A stretch of DNA of 64,000 bases from Centroscyllium fabricii (Eukaryota), in NCBI GenBank assembly GCA_051313645.2, contig JBNRSN020000003.1, forward strand, positions 63,178,001 to 63,242,000. The letters run 5' to 3'. This document shows positions 51,354-63,520 of this stretch, one piece after another (within the stretch, counting starts at the first letter, position 1; each line of letters opens with the position of its first letter). Below the pieces are notes generated by a model. It saw only the letters and a program-made list of their open reading frames with translations. It was not told the origin of the DNA and did no database searches. The position numbers were made by a program, and so were the translations under genes.

Positions 51354-53476
51354 TCTGCCCCCAGGTCCCTGTAGCAGCAAAGGCCAAAAGGTTGGCAGTC
51401 TGCAGAAGAAGCAAGGCTTGTTGCAGCCCTTAAATGCAGCAGCAATGATGACATCATCGGAGGCGACTTTCAGACTGGAAAAACTAATTTGCCATGGGTT
51501 CCCACACGCTGGAACTCAATTGGCCAATTAAGTTAAATTCACATCAATTTCCCACATCGATTTAGATTCATGTGGATACCACGAAATGCAGATTACACGA
51601 CCCCAGCCCGCCCCTGAATTAAAATCCAGCCCTATACCTCTATTCATGAAGCCCAGGATCTCGTAAGCTTTTTTAACTGCTTTCTCAACCTGCCCTGCCA
51701 CTTTCAAAAATTTGTGCACATAAACCCCCAGGTCTCTCTGTTCATGCACCCCCTTTAGGATTGTACCCTTTAGTTTATATTTTCTCTCCTCATTCTTCCT
51801 ACCAAAAGGTATCATTTCATATTTTCTATGTTAAATTTCATCTGCTACGTGCCCGCCCATTCCACCAGCCTGTCTATGTCCTCTTGAAGTCTATCACTAT
51901 CCTTCTCACTGTTCACTATACTACCAAGTTTTGTGTCATCTGAAAATTTTGAAATTGTGCCCTGTACACCCACATCCAAGTCATTAATATATATCAAGAA
52001 AAGCAGTGGTCCAAGAACCGACCCCTGGGGAACACCACTGTATACCTTCCTCCAGTCTGAAAAACAACCGTTCACCACTACTCTCTGTTTCCTGTCACTT
52101 AACCAATTTCATATCCAGGCTGCCACTGTCTATTTTATTCCATGGGCTTCAACTTTGCTGGCAAGCCTATTATGTGGCACTTTGCTGAACACCTTTTGGA
52201 AATCCATGTACATCACATCAACCACATTGCCCTCATCAACTCTCTCTTATACCTTATCAAAAAACTCGATCAAGTTGGTTAAACACAATTTGCCTTTAAC
52301 AAATCTGTGCTGGCTTTCCTTAATTAATCCATACTTGTCCAAGTGACTGTTAATTTTGTACTGTTTCAAAAAGCTTCCCCACTACCGAGGTTAAATTGAC
52401 TGGCCTGTAGTTGCTGGGTTTATTTTTATGCCTTTTTTTGAACAATGGTGTAACATTTGCAATTCTCCAGTCCTCTGGCACCACCCTGGTTTCTAAGGAG
52501 GATTGGAATATTAAGGCCCGTTCCTCTGTGATTTCTTCCTTCACTTCCCTCAGCATCCTGGGATGCATCCCATCTGGTCCTGGTGACTTATCTACTTTAA
52601 GTACATTGAGCGTTTCTAATACCTCCTCTTTATCAATTTTTATCCTATCAAGTATCTCCTCTACCTCCTCCTTCACTATGTTTATGGCAGCACCTTCTTC
52701 CTTGGTGAAGACAGATGCAAAGTCCTCATTTAGTACCTCAGCCATACCCTCTGCCTCCATGCGTTGGTCTCCTTTTGGACCCTAATCGGCCCCACCCCTC
52801 CTCTTACTGCAGGTTTACTATTTATATGCCTATCGAAGACTTTTGGATTACCTTTTATATTAGCCGCCATTCTATTCTCATACCCTCTCTTTAACCCTCT
52901 TATTTTCTTTTTCACTTCTCCTCTGAACTTTCTATATTTAGCCTGATTCTCAGATGTATTCTTGACCTGACATCTGTCATAGGTGCTCTTTTCTGCTTCA
53001 TCTTACTCTCTATCTCTTTCATCATCTAGGGAGCTCTGACATTAGTTGCCCTGCCTTTGTCCCTAGTGGGAATGTACCTCAACTCTACCTGAACTATGTC
53101 CTCTTTAAAGGCAGCCCATTGTTCCATTACAATTTTACCTGCCAATCTGTGATTCCAATTTACCTGGACCAGATCTGTTCTCATTCCGCTGAAATTGGGC
53201 TCACGCCAATTAAGTATTTTTTTACTCTAGATTTCTCCCAGTCCTTTTCCATAGCACATCTAAGCCTTATGATACTATGATCACTGTTCCCTAAATGTTC
53301 ACCTACTAACACTTGCTCCACTTGCCCTACCTCATTCCCCAGAACCAGATCCAGCAATGCCTCCTCCCTCGTTGGGCCGGAAACATACTGATCAAGAAAG
53401 TTCTCCTGAACACACTTCAGAAATTCTTCCCCCATCTGCCCTTTACACAATTACTATCCCAATCTATATTAGGATA

Positions 53477-53824
53477 CGTGATGTGGAGGTGCCGGTGTTG
53501 GACTGGGGTGGACAAATTTAAGAACCTGTATATAAGAATGTAAGAAATGTAACCTGGTGTTGTGTGACTTTGTGGCGACACGCCCACCAAAGACATCGAA
53601 TCCGCCTCGGGAGTACTGCGGGGCACAGCCCCGCCCATCGGGTGACGTGATGACGTCACCGCGACTTCCGGCGTGATGAGATCACCAACCGCGGGCGCTT
53701 TAAATAAGCCTGCTCCAGGTGGTTCAGTCTCTTTCTGCCTGACCATGCAATGTAATAAAACCAAGTGCTTTCTGTCCTTGTGGCTCCCGCGTGGTTCTTC
53801 AGGCCTGCATGCACAACAACTTCT
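53477..53824. mobile_element. Rearranged Penelope-like end fragment inserted in the CR1 APE region
   Basis: Flanked by TATATTAGGATA (53465-53476) and TATATTCGGATA (53825-53836); AACCTGGTGTTGTGTGACTT is the reverse complement of the element end at 21181. Confidence 0.65.
53571..53818 (+). mobile_element. Solo LTR, 248 bp, probably Ty3/Gypsy
   Basis: TGT...ACA ends, 4-bp TSD ACTT on both sides, TATA-like TTTAAATAA near 53700, AATAAA near 53755. Confidence 0.85.
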
Positions 53825-56800
53825 TATATTCGGATAGTTGAAGTCCCCTATTATCATTACTGTATAGTTCTTGTACCTCTCTGTAATTTCTCTGAAAATT
53901 TGCTCCTCCATATTTTTCCCACTAGTTGGTGGTCTGTAGAATACACGTAGTAGTGTAGTGGCACCTCTATTATTTCTTAACTCTTGTCATATCAATTCTG
54001 TCCTTGACCCCTCCAGGACATCCTCTCTCTCCAGCACTGTAACATTCTCCTTAATCAATACTGCCACACCGCCTCCTCTCTTTCCTTCCCTATTGTTCTT
54101 GAACACCTTATATTCAGGAATATTTAATACCCAATCCTGACCTTTTTTGAGCCAGGTCTCCATTATTGCCACAACATCATATTCCCATGTGGCTATTTGC
54201 GCCTACAGCTCACCAACCTTATTTACTATGCTTTGTGCATTCACATACATACACTGTAACCCTATCTCAGACCATCCTGTGCTATCTCATAGTCTGACCC
54301 CACCTAATAGCTTACTATTTCTTACTTTAGTGCTATCCGTCTCTCCTAATCTTTTGTGCCCTTTGTTTCACCTTTCCAGTGCTACATCCTGGTGCCAATC
54401 CCCCTGCCAACTTAGTTTAAACCTCCCCAACAGCACTAGCAAACCTCCCTCCGGGGATATTGGTACCGGCTCTGTTGAGGTGCAACCTGTCTGGCCTGTA
54501 CAGGTCCCACCTCCCCCAGAACCGGCCCCAATATCCCAGGAATCTGAAGCTCCCCTCTCCTGCACCATCTCTCCAGCCACACATTCATCTGCTCTATCCT
54601 CCTATTTGTATACTCACTCGCTTATGGCAGCGAGAGTAATCCAGAGATTATTACCTTTGAGGTCCTGCTTTTTAATCTTTTACCTAGCTTCCTAAAATCT
54701 GCCTGCAGGACCTCATCTCTCTTTCTACCCATGTCTTTCACCCTCTCCCCTCAGAATGTTCTGCCGCCGCTCGGTGGCATTCTTAACCCTGGCACCAAGG
54801 AGGCAACATACCATCCTAGAGTCACGTCTGTGGCCGCAGAAACGCCTGTCTGCTCCCCTAACTATTGAATCCCCTACCACTATTGGTTTCCCTATCTTCC
54901 TTCTCGCCCCCTGTACAGCTGAGCCACCCGTGGTGCTGTGGACCTGGCTCTGGCTGTATTCTCCAGAGGAACCATCACCCTCACCAGTACCCAGAACATA
55001 ATACTGGCTGGAGAGCGATATGCACTCACGCAACTCCTACACTACCTGCCTGGTCCTCCTCTTCAGTTTGGTGGTCACCCATTCCCTCTCTACCTGCACG
55101 CTCCTTAGCTGCGGGGTGACCACCTCCTGAAACATGCTATCCGCGTAGCTCTCAGCCTCGCGGATGCCCCGCAGCGACGCCAGCTACTGCTCAAGCTCCG
55201 AAACCCCGAGCTCGAGCTCCTCCAGCTGATTACACTTCCTGCACACCTGGTTGTCTCGGACACGGGAAGCGTCCTGGATTTCCCACTTGCCTCTATCTGC
55301 ACCCTATTGTTATGTAACTTAGCATACAAAAATATTACCAAAGTAATGAGTTTAAAAAAAAACTGACAAATAGCCAGATTTAACCATTTTCAACAAACCC
55401 TAATGATTTGTGTGAATTTATTTGTTAACTCTACTTCTTTGTATTTCAGACCATTCCAATTGTTATAAAAGCTCATACTGAGCAAAAACCTTTGATCAAA
55501 ATTCTGATTGTGGAAGTTAAATGTGAAGATTGCTTGAATGAAATCTTTACACTTTATGAACAATGAAAGTTTATCATTTACAACCACTGATGTCAACCTG
55601 TTACAAAATGAAAAATAAGTGTCTGAAAGATAAGGACTTAGATTTTCCAATCATAACGCCATTGTTAATCCATTTAAAATCAATGGATTACCATAAACAT
55701 TGTGATCAGAAAACCTAGGCCAAGAAAAGTAAACACTATTTATTACCATAGACAAGTAAATGCTCACTGATGGTTTGGGGCCTACACTGTGTCTTTTGAT
55801 CTTTACTCTGACTCTGCTGTAGCCAAAGTGCAGCAGTAGTTCACCCATTGCAGTAATACAACTTTAATAAAGCATCATACAACATGACTGACACGAGGTA
55901 AAATTATTACACATCTTGTTGATACTGAAAAATAAAGGCCTTAAAGATACATAGTTGTAAAATTATTTACCGACTTTGCAAGTAATTTTGTTCTTCCCGC
56001 CCCAAAATGTCTTATTTACATGACAAACCCCCCCCCCCCCCCATCATTTGCAGAATTGGAAATATCTGTTTATTTTGCAACAATTTTGTTACCTCAAAAG
56101 CTTTCTCTTTTTTCTCGATTATTCAATGATTATAAAAGATGGGGTGGAAATTGGTTGGCGCCCGGTTTCGGGTGAGAAGGCAGCAATGCGGCAACAATGC
56201 ACGCCTGAACCAGGAGGCCTGAGGCCGGCCTGAAATTAGGCCTCGGGCCTCACATAAACAAAAGTGGGTGAGTTGTCAGTGTCTGTCATGTCTCCGCAGG
56301 CAGTTTGCTCTTCCTCTGTCATAGATGGAATTCTCCTTTAAAGATTCCATCTTTGAATTCTATGTCTGTTCTCTGTTTTGTTCATTGTACCTTGTTTTCC
56401 TGTTAATACAGCTAGTTGTACCTCGTTTATTGTTTTGTGCAATTAAGGGGACTGAGCTAATTACTCAATTAGCTTGAGCTGTATTTAAGCTTTTGGTTGA
56501 CAACAGGAGATTGCCGGATCGTTACCTACTACTAGGATACAGATGTGCTGTCCTAGCTCCGTGGAGGCAGTCTTATGTGGGGAGTTCCCCTGCTTGTAGA
56601 AGAGATGGATTCTCCTGCTGAAGGCTCTGTTGGAGTTAGTCTCCTCGGGGGAGCGGACCCTGGAGAATTCCTGTTTCTACATTCTGGACATTGCTCTCAA
56701 TCACCTGTACTCAGGTTTGGACATTAATTCGTATTACTATGATGCCCCTTCAGTTATGTGCTGTAAGGACTCGTGCCCCCGAAAGTCTGAACGTACATCA

Positions 56801-57697
56801 TCACCATCACTGCTCAGTAATAAGTGCCCCACTGTGTCCCGACCAGGATCCCACGGCCGGTGCCTGCCCCCCAGCTCGCTGACAGTACCGAGTGCGAAGC
56901 CGGGCCGGCTCCGGCCACCGCTTTGTACTCGAACATTGCATCAGCTGTTAGCAGGCACATGATCTGATGTCAAAAGAGAAGAGGCCCCACCCCTCGCACT
57001 CATTGGCTCTCGGGCCCGAATTGATACAGCGTACAGCCAATGGGAGAGTAGTCACTATGTGCCACGATGAGCCCTGGATACGAAGGAGGAGCCGCTGAAG
57101 CTCCTCGGCCTGACGGTGGAACCCAAGTCCCTTCTTTCCTGCTTTAAACCAATCAGCTAAGCTTATATTCTCTTTAGTGTCATTTTATTAGAACAGAGTC
57201 TCCTTTGTACATACGATTGGGATCAAAGTGACATTATTTATGTCCACGCTCTCCAATGTGTTTTTGATATTTGCATGATATTGATTAATGAATAATAAGC
57301 AGATCTGAAATAAATAGCTTTAAAATTAATTGTGCCTTTAACATCGTTTAACTAAAACATATCAAATATTAACAGAGCTTTCCCGTACAATCGAAATAAT
57401 TGGTTTTTTTTAATTAATATTTGTCCGTATACAATTGCGGATTATCTAATTCTGAGGAAACATTTAAACTTTTCATTTAACTAAATTGTTTTTGGTTGTT
57501 TTGTTGCTAACTATTGGAGCAAGATTGGTGCTTTGTTATAATGCAGTTATTCCATCACTTAGTGACTTTTCTATACTGTAACTTTTGTGAAAAAAATAAT
57601 TTATATCTATTGGTGAATGTACTGAACAACACAGGTGTAAATAATAAGGCAAGTTTAAATTCCATCTGTTTGATTTTTCTATATTAGTTTTTATTTT

Positions 57698-58638
57698 GTT
57701 CTTGGGAATGTGAACAATGCTGGCAAAGCTGCATTTAATTTATGTCCCTACTTGCTCAGAGGTGCTGGTGGGCCTTCTCCTTGAACCACTGCTATCCTTG
57801 TGCTAATGGTGTTCCCCTGATGATGTTAAGTAGGGAATTCCAGGATTTTGACCAGCAACAATGAATAAATGGTGGTAGGTGTCCGGGTCAGGGTGGTGTG
57901 TAACTTGGAAGGAATGGTGTTCCTATGGGGTTTCTGCTCTTGTCCTTCTTGGTCGTGGAGGTCTCGGAGCTGTGGAGTGCTGTTGAAGTTGGCTTGGCGG
58001 GTTGCTGCGTTGTATCCTGTGGATGGTGGGCACTGCAGATAGAGTATGCCGGTGGTGGGGGTGTAGATATTTAGTTAAGACCAAGGATGCCAATTAAGCA
58101 GCCTGCTTTGTCGAACTTGGTGACGATTGTTGTGGCAGGTGGTAGTATTCTATCACACACCTGGCTTGAGTATTGGAGATGGTCGAGTAGTCCTTTTTCT
58201 GTGCTTTGGCAACATAAGATGCATCTTGTCATGCCAATAAAGCAATTTGAATTTAATTGAATTGAATTGAGTGGTACTGAGGGAATGGGAAGTGAGTCAC
58301 TCATCGCAGACTCCCCAGCCTCATCAGTAAACAGCCCCACTGCTAAACGTGTGACCAAGGGTAGATGATTAATGAAGCAGCTGAAGATGGCTGGGCCAAC
58401 AACGCGGTCCTAAGGAAATCTGGCAATGATGATTGACCACCAACAACTACGGCCATCTCCCTGTGTATGAGGTTAGACTCCAGCCACTCGAGTGTTTTCA
58501 CTTTTGTGATTCTGGTTGACCTGAGTTTCACTGAGGCTGCTTGGTGGTATACTCGGTCAAATGCTGCCTTGAGGTCAAGGAAAGTTCTGTTCACTTCTCC
58601 TCTTGCATTTAGTTCTTCCGTCCATGTCTGGATGAAAA
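57698..58638 (-). mobile_element. Decayed non-LTR retrotransposon (RT fragment and 3' end), clade not determined; contains a short (TTGAA)n-tailed insertion at about 58190-58270
   Basis: QTWTEELNARGEVNRTFLDLKAAFDRVYHQ...LEWLESNL..REMAVVVGGQSS. Confidence 0.8.
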
Positions 58639-58639
58639 C

Positions 58640-58899
58640 GTCCAAAGATGTGCGGGTTAGGTTGATTGGCCAGGATAAATTGACCCTTAGTGTTAGGATG
58701 ATTAAGTTTGTGGGGTTACGGGGATAGGGTGGGATATGTGTCAGTGCAGGCTTGATAGGGATATGGGGAGAGGGCAGGGGCGGGGTACTGGGATTGGATG
58801 ATCAGCCATGATCTCATTGAATGGCGGAGCAGGCTCGAAGGGCCGAATGGCCTACTCCTGTTCCTATCTTCTATGTTTCTATGTTTCTATGTTTCTATG
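58640..58899 (+). mobile_element. 5'-truncated HE1-like SINE
   Basis: Matches 46608-46870. Confidence 0.88.
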
Positions 58900-58931
58900 T
58901 TGGATGCTCTTTGCTGAGTGTCCTGGGGGTA

Positions 58932-59332
58932 CAGAAGAAAACTTGTTCCAGTTCAGAATAAAGCTTGTTCCACTCTGATGGTAGTAGTCGTTGTAAAAGG
59001 TTCTACGCACAGAAGAAAGCTTATTCCAGTTCAGAAGAAAACTTGTTCCAGTTCAGAATAAAGCTTGTTCCACTCTGATGGTAGTAGTCGTTGTAAAAGG
59101 TTCTACGCACAGAAGAAAGCTTGTTCCAGTTCAGAAGAAGGCTTGTTCCAGTTCAGAATAAAGCTTGTTCCACTCTGATGGTAGTAGTCGTTGTAAAAGG
59201 TTCTACGCACAGAAGAAAGCTTGTTCCAGTTCAGAAGAAAACTTGTTCCAGTTCAAAATAAAGCTTGTTCCACTCTGATGGTAGTAGTCGTTGTAAAAGG
59301 TTCTACGCACAGAAGAAAGCTTGTTCTAGTTC
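58932..59332. repeat. Tandem repeat, 4 x 100 bp, with internal 22-bp subunits
   Basis: CACTCTGATG recurs at 58971, 59071, 59171 and 59271; subunit CAGAAGAAAGCTTGTTCCAGTT. Confidence 0.95.
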
Positions 59333-60373
59333 CTAACTCTTTGATGCTCTTCGCTGAGTGTCTTGGGGATTCGAAGCGTTTTTGTGTATGTCGTTGATTT
59401 CTGTATTGTTATATTTTGACTGTATGTATATAGATGTTTTGGCATTGGCTAATTGGGGAAATAAAGGAATCTTAGCTCTAGACCGTTGTCCCAGTGTCTT
59501 GCATTTGGGCTCCACCACCCAAACCGTTACATCCTCATCATTAAATTTCAGGCCACCTGCCTTGCCGGTAGCAGTCCTTAGGTAAGTGCTGGGAAGTTGG
59601 AGGGGGGGGGGATGTGCTTTGGTGGGGCGGTAAGGAAAATGGAAGAAGTCAAACACAGGCTGGCAGCAGCCTGCAGCAGAGCTGTGGAGCCACAGCGAAC
59701 ACAGCTGCTTTTCTTGGCTCTGGAAGGATGGTTAAACTCACCTATTTTTGGCGGACAATGCTTAAGCCGCAGCGGCCGCTGAGAAATCCTGAGTGGGGCG
59801 GACTCAACTCCAGCCCCGCTCATTGCAGACCAATTTCAGCTGGGGTAGCCTAAAACAGACCTTGGACACCTCATTTAAATATGTAAGGGGGCTAACGCCT
59901 GTTTTACGCAACCACCAAGCACCGTTCCCTCTAATTTTTATTTGGGCCGCGCGGCCCCTTTAAGGGGCTGCACGGCCCACTCAAAATTCCATGTTTTTCC
60001 CTTTAAAAATCGATGAGCTGTGTGGGAACTCCAGAGCATTGGAGGGAACATTGCCGCCAAGGATGCATGAAAAAAATCGCCTGACCCAATTTGGGTCAGA
60101 TATATTTCAAGTGTCCTTTTCTCATTACTCCTTGACGTTTGTCCCTGAAATTGTGCCTCATTGTGCCCATCTTACCCCAATAAAACAGGTGCAGCAAGGC
60201 CCACTTTCTACCCCTATATTTTTACTTCCTTACATCCCACAGTGGATTTATAAACCTTGCTGAAGCTATCACAGGTGTAGCATTACCCAAAATGTTTTTT
60301 CTCACTGTCAAGTCTCCAATGACTAGCACTTCAACAAATGTCCTGGTTCAGTTGCAACATCTGAGATCAGCAT

Positions 60374-60675
60374 CATAGAAACATAGAAGATAGGAGCAGG
60401 AGTAGGCCATTCGGCCCTTCGAGCCTGCTCCACCATTCAATGAGATCATGGCTGATCATCCAAACCCAGCACCCTGTCCCTGCCTTGTCCCCATATCCCT
60501 ATCGAGCCTGCACCGACACATATCCCACCCTATCCCCGTAACCCTCACATATTTAATCCCCCTAACACTAAGGGTCAATTTATCATGGCCAATCAACCTA
60601 ACCCACACATCTTTGGACTGTGGGAGGAAACCGGAGCACCCGGAGGAAACCCACGCAGACACGGGGAGAATGTGC
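60374..60675 (-). mobile_element. 5'-truncated HE1-like SINE
   Basis: V-domain and CR1 tail. Confidence 0.88.
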
Positions 60676-60704
60676 TAACTGGGTATTTTAGTTTCACAGG
60701 AGTA

Positions 60705-61092
60705 AGAAAGAAGAAGCACAACTCCAGGACACCCAAAGTACTTCCCAGCCAATTAAGTACTTTTGAAGTGTAGCCACTATTGTAATGTAGGAATATGCAG
60801 CAGCTAACTTGTGCACACTGAGGTCGTACAAACAGCAATAAAGTAAATGGCTTATTTTGGTGGTGTTGAAGAGGACTCCGGGAGAACTCCCTTCCGTTTC
60901 TTCAAATAGTGCCACGGTGGACAATGCCAAAGTTTAACATCTCATCCAAACAATAGCAGATCCAAAAGTGCAGCACTCCCGCAAAGCTACACTAAAGCGG
61001 CAGCCTAGATTACATGCTTAAGTCTCTAGAATGGGACTTAAACCTATGACCTTCTGACTCCAAGGCCAACAAAGTACCACTGAGCCAAGTCT
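60705..61092 (-). mobile_element. Decayed SacSINE1-like copy
   Basis: Reverse-complement similarity to 6437-6897. Confidence 0.7.
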
Positions 61093-61118
61093 GAAAGTTA
61101 AGTAGGGGGGTAAACAAT

Positions 61119-61882
61119 GGGCCAGAAATTCAGGTCCCAATGCGTGAGTACGCGCTGGGTACTCACTCGTAGGCCCATCCAAAGTGCCGGTTTCGTGCAT
61201 GCACAGCGCATGCGCGCGAAACCGGCACTTCCGATCCCCTGACAGAAGGGTTCAGGGGTCGGAACGCGTGCACGGGAGCGGCAGCGCGTGCGCACTGCAC
61301 TTCCGATTATTTTTACAGGTTCTGTGTCCGGGTAAGTCTCAAAAAGTTACGGCTGCTATTTTAATGTGCAAAGCCTGGTTGTAAGAAGGTAAGTGGTGAA
61401 TTAATTCAAATTAAACATTTTTTCCACAGGTTTATTATTTTTAAATACTTTAAAGAAAGGGTAGTTTATTTTTAGCCCCATTCAAAACTGTAATTATTTT
61501 TTTCAAAAATTTAAATTATTTTTTAAAATAGTTATTTATTATAATTGTTAGTTATTTTTAAAACTGTGATGTTTTAAAAAATTTATTTGAAGATTTAGTG
61601 ATGTTTTGGGGGCTTGTAGTTTTCATACTTTTGACAGGTCTTCCTGTCAAACTTATGACTGGAGCATTCTGTGCGCCGATTGGCTCTACGTGGCCCACGT
61701 GATCCCATGCGATCCATCGCACTAACTGCGCCACTGGGATATGCGATCACAGCGCGCCGGCAGTTGGAGACGGCCCCGCATCGGAATTCCACGCGGGCCC
61801 ACCGCTCAATGGCTGGCGCGCTAGGTAAGTGCAGGTTGGAGGCTTGCACACGCGGGAAGCCTCCGACCCGAATTTCTGGGCC
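61119..61882. mobile_element. Harbinger-type MITE
   Basis: TIRs GGGCCAGAAATTC / GAATTTCTGGGCC (1 mismatch), 3-bp TSD AAT on both sides, CpG-rich arms. Confidence 0.85.
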
Positions 61883-62624
61883 AATAATTAACTCCTATAA
61901 TGCATCAGGCACACACACCATTTGCAACAGGAGCGATAATTTCATGGTTCCTTTATCATCTGATTGACCTGTGATCCCCCCCGCCCCACCCCTTAGAGAA
62001 ATGATTGTCCACCCCATCGCTTACCTAACTGTGATTCTTTCCATATTTTTGTAGCTTGCTTTTAAAAAAAAAAGATTCTCCAGGCATCTAAAAAACAAGA
62101 GGCAGCAATTATGAGGTAACGTTCCACACCTCCACATATAGTGGGTAGAAAGCTAATTTAAACTGCTACTCTATAGTATTCTGTGAATAGTGGAACAGTA
62201 CTTTATTACACTGAGAGTAGTAAATTCTACTCTGTACACTTTCATGGCTGGAACCCAGTGGCCTCAATAGCTTGCTCGGAAATTGCAATTGGTGTTTTTC
62301 ATCATCAAAACAAAGGGGCAGTGCTGAGGATTATCCTGAGAAGAATAAAGGGGATTGTAGAAGAACCTTTCTCACACACAGCGTCATTAGGAGATGGAAT
62401 CCTTTACCACAAGTGACTATTGAGGCAAAGACTATAACAACAGTTAAAATGAAATTAGATATTTGAAATGAAAGAATATAATAGGACGAGGGAAAGGACA
62501 GGGAAATGGGATTCCAGCAGACAGCTCCAGATATAAAGTTAACATTGGCACAGGCAGGATGGGCCAAATGATCTCCTCCTTTGGAAAATAGGAACAGGAG
62601 TAGGCCATTCAACCCCTCAAGCTT

Positions 62625-63407
62625 CAATTCAATTCAATTCAATTCAATTCAATTCAATTTTATTGTCATTGCAGTGTACTAGTACAATACAGCGAAACGT
62701 AGACTCGCTGCTCCCGAGAGTAGTGCAAATAGGTTACATAACATGGGTTGCATACAATAAAGTGCATTTCATGTGTGTGGATAATGGAGTTTTTTGTTAG
62801 CCCTGGGGAAGAAGCTGTTCTTGAATCTGGTCGTGCGGGTGCGAATTGATCTGTAGCGTCTCCTGGAGGGCAGGGGGGTGTACAGACTATGGCTGGCATG
62901 TGTGGGGTCTTTAATAATGCTCTGAGACCTCCGTAGGCAGCGTTTCAGGTAGGTGCTTTCAATTGATGGTAGCTGGGTGCCGGTGATTCGTTGGGCAGTT
63001 TTGACTACCCGCTGCAGGGCCTTCCGGTCCGAGAGGGTGCAGTTTCCATACCAGACTGTGATGCAGCTAGTTAGTATGCTTTCAATTGTGCAGCGGTAGA
63101 TGTTGGTGAGGATGCCGGATGTCAGCTTGGCCTTTTTCAGCTTTCTTAGGAAGTACAGGTGCTGTTGGGCCTTCTTTATCAGAGAAGAGGTGTTTAGTGA
63201 CCAGGGGAGGTCTTCCGAGATGTGGACCCTGAGGAACTTGAAGCTGGACACCCTTTCCACCTCAGCCCCTTGGATGAAGATGGGGGGGTGTCTTCCGCCT
63301 TTAGTCTTCCGGAAGTCCACTATGATCTCCTTGGTTTTCTTGGTGTTTAGTGCCAGGTTGTTGTCGGCACACCATCCCACAAGGCGCTGAATCTCATCCC
63401 TGTTAAT
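62625..63407 (-). mobile_element. Rex1/Babar-clade LINE, 5'-truncated, inserted in a CR1 tail
   Basis: GWCADNNLALNTKKTKEIIVDFRK...FKNSFFPRA; (TTGAA)n tail; AGCTT at 62620-62624 and 63408-63412. Confidence 0.92.
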
Positions 63408-63520
63408 AGCTTGTTCCGCCATTAAATTAGATCACAGCTGATCTGTGTCTTAACTCCAGTTTCCCGTCTTAGTTCCATAACCCTTAATAGCCTTTGCCAA
63501 ACAAAAATCTATCAACCTTA

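Larger units (their letters stand above)
47947..51632. mobile_element. PIF/Harbinger DNA transposon, internally deleted
   Basis: Perfect 12-bp TIRs GGGCTGGATTTT/AAAATCCAGCCC; 3-bp TSD TAT (47944-47946, 51633-51635); removing it restores the CR1 sequence NRGIEYK; encodes a Myb/SANT protein. Confidence 0.9.
47340..55290 (-). mobile_element. Near full-length decayed CR1 LINE (ORF1 with SGNH esterase-like domain, ORF2 APE-RT) hosting nested insertions
   Basis: IVVGDSIVRG (ORF1), AIMETWL and GDFNYP (APE), KSPGPDGMHPR, SGVPQGSVLGP, KFSDDTK, RLRGDLIEV; 3' tail near 47340. Confidence 0.92.

Noticed and set aside
56317-56723. Possible minus-strand solo LTR
   Set aside because: TATA-like and AATAAA motifs and TG/CA ends are present, but no target-site duplication could be matched
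57057-57146. WDR41 first coding exon expected from synteny
   Set aside because: No frame resembles the WDR41 N-terminus as I recall it
58932-59332. CRISPR-like repeat-spacer appearance
   Set aside because: The intervening segments are identical rather than unique, there are no cas genes, and the context is vertebrate
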